From assembly GCA_965652295.1 (NCBI GenBank), contig CBFGTS010000015.1:32001-96000 (forward strand): a DNA stretch of 64,000 nt, given 5' to 3'. A model generated the notes under the pieces. It did no database searches and had not been told where the DNA came from. It saw only the letters and a program-made list of their open reading frames with translations. Source of the DNA: an uncultured Haloferula sp. (GTDB lineage: Bacteria > Verrucomicrobiota > Verrucomicrobiia > Verrucomicrobiales > Akkermansiaceae). Position numbers and translations under genes: made by a program. Of this stretch, positions 39,545-47,881 are shown piece after piece (position 1 is the stretch's first letter; each line of letters begins with the position of its first letter).

Positions 39545-42500
39545 TCACCCATCCATCCACCGCCCAAGTGCGGCTTCGAGCTTCTCGCCGCGGCGGACGC
39601 GGAAGTTCTCTCCAAGTTCCACGGTCGCGCGTTTTCCCGCGGAGTTCTGGAAATGGATCAGAACCGGGGTCTTTCCGGGATGGGCGGCAATCGCTTCACG
39701 GATCTCGGCGAGGTCTTGCTCGGAATGCCGTGCGGTCCACAAGGCCAGCTCGACGAACTTCGAATTTGCGCCGCCACCGCGGGTTTTCAGCTCGTTGATC
39801 TCCGAGCCGGTCAGCCGGCGCGAGTCGGTGCGGTCGTCGATCTGGATCGCCGCCTTGAAGCGGATCACTTTGCCGGAAACGAGGATCCCCGCGTCGCGCG
39901 CGGGGACGAAACTTTCGCCCCAGACCATGATCTCGCGCGAGCCGGTGAAGTCCTCGACCACCAGGATGCCAAAGGGTTTGCCTGATTTCGTGATCCTCGA
40001 CTCGACGCTGCGGATCATCCCGGCGAAGGGGAAACGGTCCCGCGGATGCCTGACCTCGATCTCATCGACCAGGCCCAGCTTGCAGTAACGGTCGGAGTCG
40101 AGAACGGTGCGGAATTTGTCCAGCGGATGGCCGGTGACGTAGAAGCCGAGCAGCTCCTTTTCCATCGCCAGGCGGTCGTCCTTCGTCCACTCCTCCACTT
40201 CTACGGCAGTTGCCGTAGCGGCGGGCGTGGGCGCACCGAAATCCATCGAGTCGAACATCGAGACCTGCCCGGCGGCGCGGTCGCGCTGGGCCGAGGAGGC
40301 GCTGGCGCAGACCTGCTCCAGGCGGGAAACCATTGATGCCCGGCCGTGCCCGGTCCAATCGAAGGCACCGGCCTTGATCAGGTTCTCAAGGATGCGCTTG
40401 TTCACCACCTTCGAGTCGAGCCGGTTGGCGAAATCCTCGAGCGACTCGAACGGGCCGTTTTTTTCCCGTTCGGCGATCGCCTGGGCCATCGCGCCCTCGC
40501 CGACGTTCTTGATCGCGGCCAGGCCGTAGCGGATCGCCATCGCGCCGTTCGGCGCGGGCTCCGGGGCGAAGCGCAGCCGCGAAAAGTTCATGTCCGGCGG
40601 CAGGATCTCGATCTTCATCCGGTGGCACTCCGCGACGAACACACCGATCTTGTCGGTGTTGTTGATCTCGTTCGAGAGCAGGCCGGCCATGAACTCGACC
40701 GGGAAATTCGCCTTCAGGTAGGCGGTCCAGTAGGAGATGTGGCCGTAGCAGGCGGAGTGGGATTTGTTGAACCCGTAGCCGGCGAACATCTCGATCTTCT
40801 TGAAGATCGCGTCGGCCAGCTTCTCGTCGATGCCGTTCGTTTCGCGACAGCCCTTGACGAACTTGTCGCGCTCCTTGGCCATCTTCTCCGGGTCCTTTTT
40901 CCCCATCGCACGGCGCAGCAGGTCGGCGCCACCGAGCGAGTAGCCGGCGAGGAGCTTGGCGGCGTTCTGCACCTGCTCCTGATAGATCATGACGCCGTAG
41001 GTGTTGCCGCTGACCTGCTCGAGCAGCGGGTGCTCGTAGAGGGGCCGGGTGCGGCCTTTCTTCACCTCGATCATCTGGTCGATGAACTGCATCGCGCCCG
41101 GCCGGTAGAGCGCGAGGAGGTCGATGATGTCGTCGATTTTCTCGATCTGGTATTTCCGGCAGGTCTCGACCATGCCGCCGGATTCCAGCTGGAACACGCC
41201 CATCGTCTCGCCGCGGTTGAGGATGTCGAAGGTGGCTTGGTCGGTGAGGGGCACGTCCTCGATCACGAACTCCGGCGTGTGCACCCGGATGTGCTCCACG
41301 GCGTCCTGGATGACGGTGAGGTTCTTGAGCCCGAGGAAGTCCATCTTCAGCAGGCCGACCTCGGTGATGGCGCCCATGTCGAACTGGGTGACGACTTCGC
41401 CTTCGTTGCCGCGGGTCAGCGGGACATGCTCGTCCAGCGCGCGGTCGCCGATCACCACGCCGGCGGCGTGGATGCCGACGTTGCGGGTGAGGCCCTCAAG
41501 CTTGAGCGCGTAGTTCCAGAGTTCCTGATAGGTGGTGGAGCTTTCGATCAGCTCGCGCAGCTCGGGTTTCGCGTCCCACTCCTTTTTCAGGGTGATCCCG
41601 GGCTTGGCCTCGATCATCTTGGCGATGCGGTCGGCCTCGCCGTAGGAAACGCCCATCACCCGCGCCACGTCCCGCAGCACGCTCTTCGCGCCGAGGGTGC
41701 CGTAGGTGATGATGTGGGAAACACTACGCTCGCCGTACTTCTGGCGGACGTAGTCGATGACCTCCGGCCGGCGGCTTTGACAGAAATCGATGTCAACGTC
41801 CGGCGGGCTGACCCGCTCGGGATTGAGGAAACGTTCGAAAAGCAGACCGAACTGGAGCGGGCAGATGTTGGTGATGCCCATCGCATAGGCCACCAACGAA
41901 CCCGCGGCCGAGCCGCGGCCGGGACCGACCGGGATGTTGTGGTCGCGCGCCCACTGGATGAAGTCGGCGGTGATGAGGAAGTACGAGGCGAACCCGAGCT
42001 GGTTGATGATGCCGACCTCGTACTTCAGCCGCTCCTGGATCTCGGGATCGGCCGCCTTTTCCGCGCCGTAGCGTTTCAGAAGGCCCTCCTGACAGACGCG
42101 CATCAGGTATTCCTCGCGCGGCGAGCCATCGGGCGAATCAAACTGGGGATATTTCTCCGAGCTGGTCGAATCGAGCTTCAGCTCGACGTTGCAGCGTCCG
42201 GCGATCTCCAAGGTGGCGTCGCAGGCTCCGGGAATCTCGGCGAAAAGCTCGCGCATTTCCGCGGCGGATTTGAAATACACCTCCGGGGTGTAGCGCATGC
42301 GGTTTTCATCGATCAGCAGCTTGCCGGTGCCGATGCAGATCATCACGTCGTGCGCCTCGTGGTCGTCGCGGTTGACGAAGTGGACGTCGTTGGCAGCGAC
42401 CGGCTTGAGGTCGAATTCCGCGGCGAGCTGGAGCAGCCCCGGCGTCACCTTGCGCTGCGGCTCCAGGCTGTGGTTGTGGACTTCGACGTAAACGTTTTCC

Positions 42501-43012
42501 CGGCCGTAGATGTCCACCAGCTCGGCCATGGTCTCCCGCGCCTTGTCCATGTCCCCGGCGAGGAGCCATTCGTTGACCGGGCCGGAAATGCAGCCGCTGA
42601 GGCAGATGACGCCCTTCGAGAACTCGCGCAGCGTCTCGCGATCGACGCGGGGTTTGCCGTAGTAGGAGCCTTCGAGGTGGCCCTTGGAAACGAGCTTCTG
42701 GAGATTCGTCCAGCCCTCGTTGGTCTCCGCCAGCAGGGTCATGTGGCAGGCGCGCTTGCGGCCGGGAACGTCCTTCTTGTCGTGCATGCTGCCGGGCGCG
42801 AGGTAGATCTCGCAGCCGAAGATCGGTTTCACGCCCTCTTTTTTGCAGGCCAGGAAGAACTCGATGGCACCGAAGAGGTTGCCGTGGTCGGTCATCGCCA
42901 CCGCCGGCATGCCCAGTTCCCTGGCCTTGGCGGCGAGCTGCTTGGTCCGCGCCATGCCGTCGAGCAGCGAGTATTCGGTGTGGACGTGGAGGTGGACGAA
43001 GGAGTCGGACAT
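39545..43012 (-). CDS. dnaE: DNA polymerase III alpha subunit
   Basis: HLHVHTEYSLLDG, GRGSAAGS, PDVDIDF, KMDFLGL, YGFNKSH. Confidence 0.98.
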   Translation of the reverse strand: MSDSFVHLHVHTEYSLLDGMARTKQLAAKARELGMPAVAMTDHGNLFGAIEFFLACKKEGVKPIFGCEIYLAPGSMHDKKDVPGRKRACHMTLLAETNEGWTNLQKLVSKGHLEGSYYGKPRVDRETLREFSKGVICLSGCISGPVNEWLLAGDMDKARETMAELVDIYGRENVYVEVHNHSLEPQRKVTPGLLQLAAEFDLKPVAANDVHFVNRDDHEAHDVMICIGTGKLLIDENRMRYTPEVYFKSAAEMRELFAEIPGACDATLEIAGRCNVELKLDSTSSEKYPQFDSPDGSPREEYLMRVCQEGLLKRYGAEKAADPEIQERLKYEVGIINQLGFASYFLITADFIQWARDHNIPVGPGRGSAAGSLVAYAMGITNICPLQFGLLFERFLNPERVSPPDVDIDFCQSRRPEVIDYVRQKYGERSVSHIITYGTLGAKSVLRDVARVMGVSYGEADRIAKMIEAKPGITLKKEWDAKPELRELIESSTTYQELWNYALKLEGLTRNVGIHAAGVVIGDRALDEHVPLTRGNEGEVVTQFDMGAITEVGLLKMDFLGLKNLTVIQDAVEHIRVHTPEFVIEDVPLTDQATFDILNRGETMGVFQLESGGMVETCRKYQIEKIDDIIDLLALYRPGAMQFIDQMIEVKKGRTRPLYEHPLLEQVSGNTYGVMIYQEQVQNAAKLLAGYSLGGADLLRRAMGKKDPEKMAKERDKFVKGCRETNGIDEKLADAIFKKIEMFAGYGFNKSHSACYGHISYWTAYLKANFPVEFMAGLLSNEINNTDKIGVFVAECHRMKIEILPPDMNFSRLRFAPEPAPNGAMAIRYGLAAIKNVGEGAMAQAIAEREKNGPFESLEDFANRLDSKVVNKRILENLIKAGAFDWTGHGRASMVSRLEQVCASASSAQRDRAAGQVSMFDSMDFGAPTPAATATAVEVEEWTKDDRLAMEKELLGFYVTGHPLDKFRTVLDSDRYCKLGLVDEIEVRHPRDRFPFAGMIRSVESRITKSGKPFGILVVEDFTGSREIMVWGESFVPARDAGILVSGKVIRFKAAIQIDDRTDSRRLTGSEINELKTRGGGANSKFVELALWTARHSEQDLAEIREAIAAHPGKTPVLIHFQNSAGKRATVELGENFRVRRGEKLEAALGRWMDG

Positions 43013-43099
43013 CGGGCGGCGCCCACTGTGGCGGGGCGCTCCGTCGAGGGCAAGGCGGCGCGACCCCGGGGGCGGAATTTCGAGGAAATGGGGGATCGC

Positions 43100-43654
43100 T
43101 CAGTCCCGTTTCCCGAGAACATCCAACGCCGCGGAGCGGGCTTCTTCCATGAGGTCGAGCGTTTCGTGAAGGCCACACCACTGCCGGATGTAATCCCAGT
43201 CGAGCCCTTCCGGCCCCAAGGTCGCCATGACCGCCACCACGTCATCGAAGTCCTTCCCGCGTTTGGCGGTCTTGTTCCAGCGGAGTTTCTGCACGATGAC
43301 ATCCTCCGGCGTCGGCAGAAAAACGAAAGAGCCTGGAAAAATTTCCAGCCGCTTCCTGCGTTCGAACCTCATGCGATCATGCGGGTCGTCGCTCAGGCGG
43401 AAGAGTTCGATCGTAAACCGGGTTCCCTCCACTTGCAGGATTTCCCGCCGTGTCGCGGTGATGGCAATCCCCGCCGGCAGGACTGTCGGGATTTTCGACC
43501 ACTCGGAGGACGGGAGGTGAACCACCACATCCGCGTCTTTCGTCATCCGCGGCATGCCGTAGAAGTTCGACGAATACGACCCCACCACCATGTAGGGCAC
43601 CCCGTGTTCGTCGAAAGCGCGGAGCAGCTCAAGCAACGAATCGGTGCCGGTCAT
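43100..43654 (-). CDS. Nucleotidyltransferase-fold protein, putative toxin
   Basis: VVGS.....YG.PR.T.DAD.V; PEDVIVQKL.W....KD..DV. Confidence 0.65.
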   Translation of the reverse strand: MTGTDSLLELLRAFDEHGVPYMVVGSYSSNFYGMPRMTKDADVVVHLPSSEWSKIPTVLPAGIAITATRREILQVEGTRFTIELFRLSDDPHDRMRFERRKRLEIFPGSFVFLPTPEDVIVQKLRWNKTAKRGKDFDDVVAVMATLGPEGLDWDYIRQWCGLHETLDLMEEARSAALDVLGKRD

Positions 43655-43878
43655 CGTCCGAGTTTCTCAGCCAAGGCCAGTTGATCTTTCAGCCTTCTTT
43701 CCCGCTCCTCGGGGCCGGCATCGGGAAAACGGGCGGCAATCCCGGCCTCAACCCATCGGCATGATTCTTCGAAAAGCTCGGCACCCGCGCGAAATTTCTC
43801 CTCCGGCGTCATCGCACGCGCCTGCTTCACCTTCGCCCGGAGGGCGAAGAGGGCGTCATCGGCGATGCGGTCTTCCAT
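43651..43878 (-). CDS. Small helical protein, putative antitoxin
   Basis: MTPEEKFR...AGI.ARFP pattern; 4-bp overlap with the downstream gene. Confidence 0.6.
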   Translation of the reverse strand: MEDRIADDALFALRAKVKQARAMTPEEKFRAGAELFEESCRWVEAGIAARFPDAGPEERERRLKDQLALAEKLGR

Positions 43879-43974
43879 GAAGGGAGACTAGCGGGCAGGC
43901 AGGGCCTAAGCAAGCAAGCCGGAGCCGAAACCTGGAGCATTGCCGACGGCTTCCGGACAAGGCAGGCTGTCTGA

Positions 43975-45338
43975 ATGCGCCATTTTCTCCTGCTGCTGCT
44001 CCTCCTCGTCCGCGTTCATGCCGTCGATCCGCTGCCCACGGATCAAGTCCTGCTCATCGGCCGCTTCGCGAATGGGCCGGTCGAGCAACCGGTGACGGTC
44101 GATGCGACCGCCTTTGATCTTTGGTTCGCTTCCCCCGATCCCGCCGCGTGGCCGGCGGAAATCCAGGCCCGTCAGTTTTTCCGCAACGGCGGCACCCAGC
44201 TCGAAGTCGTGCGGATCGACCCCTCACTGCCGCTCACCGATGCCCTGACCGGCCGCTTCGATCCACCCGCCCTGCGCGGCTGCGGCTGGGCGCTTCTCTT
44301 TTCCGATCTCGGTATCCTGCTGGTGCCCGAACTCGCCGACCTCCCCGCGACGCCGCGCAACGACCTCCTCACCCATCTCCGCGAACTCGCCGACGGCCGC
44401 CATTTCATCCTCCTCCTCGACCCACCGGCCGAGGTGGACACCGCCGCCGAGGCCACGACCTGGGCCGCCGGGCTGCCGCAGGACCTCGATTTCGTCGGCG
44501 CGTTGTATCCGCACGTCCTCGTCGATCCCGGCAATGGCAATCCGATCGCGACCGGAGCCAGCGGTTCGGTCGCGCCGGTGGTTTTGCGAAAGGACGCTTC
44601 CGCCGGTGTGTGGAACGCCGCTGCCGGGACCGATGCCGCGATTCTCGTCGAAGGCTTGTCGCCCGAGCTTTCCCCAACGATGCCAGCACGCTCAACGCCG
44701 CAAACCTGTGCATCATCCGGCACTTCACCGGCTACGGCACCGTGCTCTGGGGCTGGCGCTCGCGCGACACCCTCCACTCCGACAACCTCTATTTCTCCGT
44801 CGCCCGGCTGCGGCGCTGGCTCACTCACTCGCTGCGCCGCCGCCTCGCCGGACCCGCCGCCCTCCAGCCCGGCGACGGCACGCTGTGGACGAGTTTGCAA
44901 AGCCAGTGCGCCAGCTTCCTCGACGACCACTTCCGTGACGGCGCGTTCGCCGGCATGGCGTCCGACGACGCCTACTTCGCGCGCTGCGATGCGACCACGA
45001 CCACTGACGAGGACGTCGCCCAGCACCGCGCCAACCTGCTCTTCGGCATCGCCCCCGTCCGGCCTTCCGAGTTCCAGTTCGTCACCATCCCCTTCGATAC
45101 CCTCGATCCATCCCGCCCCACGCCTGCCGGCAGCCTGATCCTGACCCTTCCCCCGAACGGCGGCTGGCGTGTCTTCCACTCCACCGCCCCCGGCTTCACC
45201 CACCGCGTCCAGACCAGCGCCACCCTCGCCCCCCTCGACTGGATCACCCGCACCAACGCCCTCGGCGACGGCGGCTGGCGCGCGCCCTCCGGCCCCGCCC
45301 TGCCGGCACCCCACTTCTTCCGCCTGGCGACCGATTGA
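43975..45338 (+). pseudogene. Contractile tail sheath homolog with signal peptide and C-terminal extension, split by a -1 frameshift near 44672-44675
   Basis: First frame: GPVEQPV, FFRNGG..L.VVR, LLDPP, ALYPHV, SGSVA...R.D...GVWNAAAG. Second frame: LN....IIRHF.G.G.VLWG.R, Y.SV.RL, YFARCD.TTTT..D, GIAPVRPSEF. Confidence 0.8.
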
Positions 45339-45436
45339 CTGCTGATCAAGGGGCCCCGGAGGAACGGGAAAAACCGGGGCAGCACGGAACCGCTGCCTTT
45401 CGGGATCAACCCGAGACTCCAACAACCTGCCTCTTT

Positions 45437-45904
45437 TCAATCCTCGACGACCTCGACGTCGATCACCTGGCCTTTCGAATCGAAGCGGCGCGTTGGTCCA
45501 CCACCGGCAGGCGGAGCGCTGGACGCCCCCGGGACCACCAGATGGATGCGGTTCTTCAGCGAATCCTTGAGCCGCCGGACGACGACGGCGCGCACCGGCG
45601 GCGTGAGGAGCAGGAAGCCGATGGCATCGGTGAGAAAGCCGGGCGTCAGCAGCACCGCCCCGGCGATCAGGATCAAGAGCCCCTCGATGACCTCCTGATG
45701 CGGCAAGCGCCCCTCCGACAGGGATTGGCGGTAGCCTTGAAGCACCTTCAGCCCCTGCTTCTTGGTCAGCCACGCGCCCAGGAACCCGGTGAGGACGATG
45801 ATTGCCAGCGTCGCCGGCAGGCCGATCCATTCCCCCACGGTGAGAAACAGAGCCAGCTCGATCACCGGGATGGTGATGAAGAGAATAAGAAGACGGCCGA
45901 ACAT
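45437..45904 (-). CDS. fxsA: FxsA family membrane protein
   Basis: FITIPVIEL, TGFLGAWL...QG, LLTPGFLTD.IG. Confidence 0.92.
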   Translation of the reverse strand: MFGRLLILFITIPVIELALFLTVGEWIGLPATLAIIVLTGFLGAWLTKKQGLKVLQGYRQSLSEGRLPHQEVIEGLLILIAGAVLLTPGFLTDAIGFLLLTPPVRAVVVRRLKDSLKNRIHLVVPGASSAPPAGGGPTRRFDSKGQVIDVEVVED

Positions 45905-46005
45905 CGCGCCGGGACCCTAGCACCCCTGGCGATCCGATCCAGAGCAGCCTCGTCGCACGCTCAAGGCCACGAAACGCTGGGCCGATGATCCCGTGGACTA
46001 CCCCC

Positions 46006-46078
46006 TGAGCCGATTTCATCCGCTTTTCGGCTCATAAAAACCTCGTATGTGAGCCGAATAGCCCCCATATTCGGCTCA
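46006..46078. promoter_or_regulatory. Two TGAGCCGA-N13-TCGGCTCA palindromes upstream of fic
   Basis: Copies at 46006-46034 and 46050-46078; the second overlaps the ATG. Confidence 0.75.
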
Positions 46079-47184
46079 TGCTCTTCAACTGGCAGCAGGA
46101 CGATTGGCCGGATTTCCGCTACCGGACCGGAGATCTGACGGATCTACTGCTCGCGTTCGCGGACCATGCCGGTCGCGTGGGTGGCTTCCTCGAAGCCCTG
46201 CCGGAGGATCTCGGCACCGAAGCCGTCCTCGACCTCATGATCGCCGAAGCGATCCGCACTTCGGCGATCGAGGGCGAAACCCTGCAACGGGCCGCCGTGA
46301 TGTCCTCGATCCGCAATCACCTCGGCCTCAATCCTGTCCCCGAACCGGTAGCGGACCCTCTGGCCGATGGAGCCAGCGAACTCATGGTCGCCGTCCGCAA
46401 CGACTTCCGGGAGCCCCTTTCCGAGAAAACCCTCTTCGCCTGGCACCGCATGCTTCTCGGCGGCTCGTCCGAGCTCCGGGTCGGCGGCTGGCGCGAAGGC
46501 GGCGATCCGATGCAAGTGGTCTCGGGCCGCATCGACGAGCCCACCGTCCACTTCGAAGCTCCCCCTGCCGCTCAGGTCCCGGCGGAAATGGAGCGCTTCA
46601 TCGCGTGGTTCAATGCCACCGCCCCCGGCGGTTCGGACTCCATCCCGCACGCCCCCGTTCGCTCGGCCATCACCCACCTTTATTTCGAGAGCATCCACCC
46701 TTTCGAGGATGGCAACGGCCGCATCGGCCGCGCGCTGTCGGAGAAGGCCCTTTCCCAAGGCCTTGGCCGGCCCGTCGTCATGAGCCTGTCGCGCACCATC
46801 GACTCACGCAGGAACGACTACTACGCTGCCCTGAAGTTCGCCCAACGGACCAACGAAGCGACTGCCTGGGTCCGTTGGTTCGTCGGCGTCGTGGTCGAGG
46901 CCCAGCGCGACGCCGAATCGCGGGTCCGCTTCGTCCTGCAGAAATCGAAGTTCTTCCAGCGTTTCGACGCCGTCCTGAACGAACGTCAGCGAAAGGTCAT
47001 CCGCCGCATGTTCGACGCCGGGCCGGACGGCTTCACCGGCGGCATGAACGCCCGCAAATACGTCGCCCTCACCGGAGCTTCCAAAGCCACCGCCACCCGC
47101 GACCTCCAGCTCCTCGTTGAGCTTGGTGCCCTGTTCCCCCTCGGCGGCGGCCGCAGCACCCGCTACGAGCTGGTGCTCGACTGA
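46078..47184 (+). CDS. Fic family protein (DUF4172-Fic-wHTH)
   Basis: WQQDDWPDF N-terminus, SAIEGE, HPFEDGNGRIGR, C-terminal SKATATRDL..L....GGGRSTRY. Confidence 0.92.
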   Translation: MLFNWQQDDWPDFRYRTGDLTDLLLAFADHAGRVGGFLEALPEDLGTEAVLDLMIAEAIRTSAIEGETLQRAAVMSSIRNHLGLNPVPEPVADPLADGASELMVAVRNDFREPLSEKTLFAWHRMLLGGSSELRVGGWREGGDPMQVVSGRIDEPTVHFEAPPAAQVPAEMERFIAWFNATAPGGSDSIPHAPVRSAITHLYFESIHPFEDGNGRIGRALSEKALSQGLGRPVVMSLSRTIDSRRNDYYAALKFAQRTNEATAWVRWFVGVVVEAQRDAESRVRFVLQKSKFFQRFDAVLNERQRKVIRRMFDAGPDGFTGGMNARKYVALTGASKATATRDLQLLVELGALFPLGGGRSTRYELVLD

Positions 47185-47281
47185 TTCCGCCTGATCCGGC
47201 GCGGACCGGGCCTCACGTAAAACGTTAAGATTAAGTGAACTCTGAGTCCTATAGAACGACAGAACGCCAGGCATCTTTTTT

Positions 47282-47573
47282 CGGCGACCAGAACCAAGAG
47301 CCCCTTGATGACCTCCTGATGCGGCAATCGCCCCTCCGACAGGGATTGGCGGTAGCCTTGAAGTACCTTCAGCCCCTGCTTCTTGGTCAGCCACGCGCCC
47401 AGAAACCCGGTGAGAACGATGATCGCCAGCGTCGCCGGCAGGCCGATCCATTCTCCGACAGTCAGAAACAGAGCCAGCTCGATCACCGGGACGGTGATGA
47501 AGAGAAGAAGAAGACGGCCGAACATTGCGCCGGGACCCTAGCACCCCTCGCGATCCGATCCAGAGCAGCCTCG
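47282..47573 (-). pseudogene. Truncated duplicate of the fxsA 5' half plus upstream DNA
   Basis: 292-bp direct repeat of 45661-45952 with 17 mismatches (manual count). Confidence 0.88.
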
Positions 47574-47615
47574 GTCCCTGCGGCACCCTTGGCAGGCGCT
47601 CCCTGGAACGCTCTT

Positions 47616-47644
47616 TGAGCCGATTTCATCCATTTTTCGGCTCA
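47616..47644. promoter_or_regulatory. Third TGAGCCGA-N13-TCGGCTCA palindrome
   Basis: Near-identical to 46006-46034. Confidence 0.7.
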
Positions 47645-47881
47645 CGTTGTCGGACCGCGAAATATGAAATGCCGAGAATGCGATTCTCACATCCTAATCC
47701 GGAACCGTCCCGGAGGGACCGCGGAGATTAGCCCCGAGCTTCACGCCGCTCCAGAGCGACCTGGGCGAGATCCTGAGCCGGCTTCCTGACCAAGTCGGCA
47801 GTTTTCATGCACCGAACCAAGTTCTGGGTGATTACCCGCCCGCGGGCTTGCCTCAAGACTACCTGATTCTAGCCTAGCAGG

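Noticed and set aside
40346..43684. 1112-aa plus-strand ORF and other long antisense ORFs (e.g. 34890-36851, 53672-55732, 59773-61254)
   Set aside because: Antisense shadows of real high-GC genes; no recognisable motifs.
43975..45338. Prophage, tailocin or eCIS locus
   Set aside because: Only a sheath homolog; no tube, baseplate, capsid, integrase or lysis genes in the window.
47185..47281. Possible attachment or attC site in the AT-rich spacer after fic
   Set aside because: No convincing core sites or dyad symmetry visible by eye.
47163..47525. Second functional fxsA gene
   Set aside because: Homology ends after about 81 codons, before the LLTPG motif; the rest is read-through into unrelated DNA.
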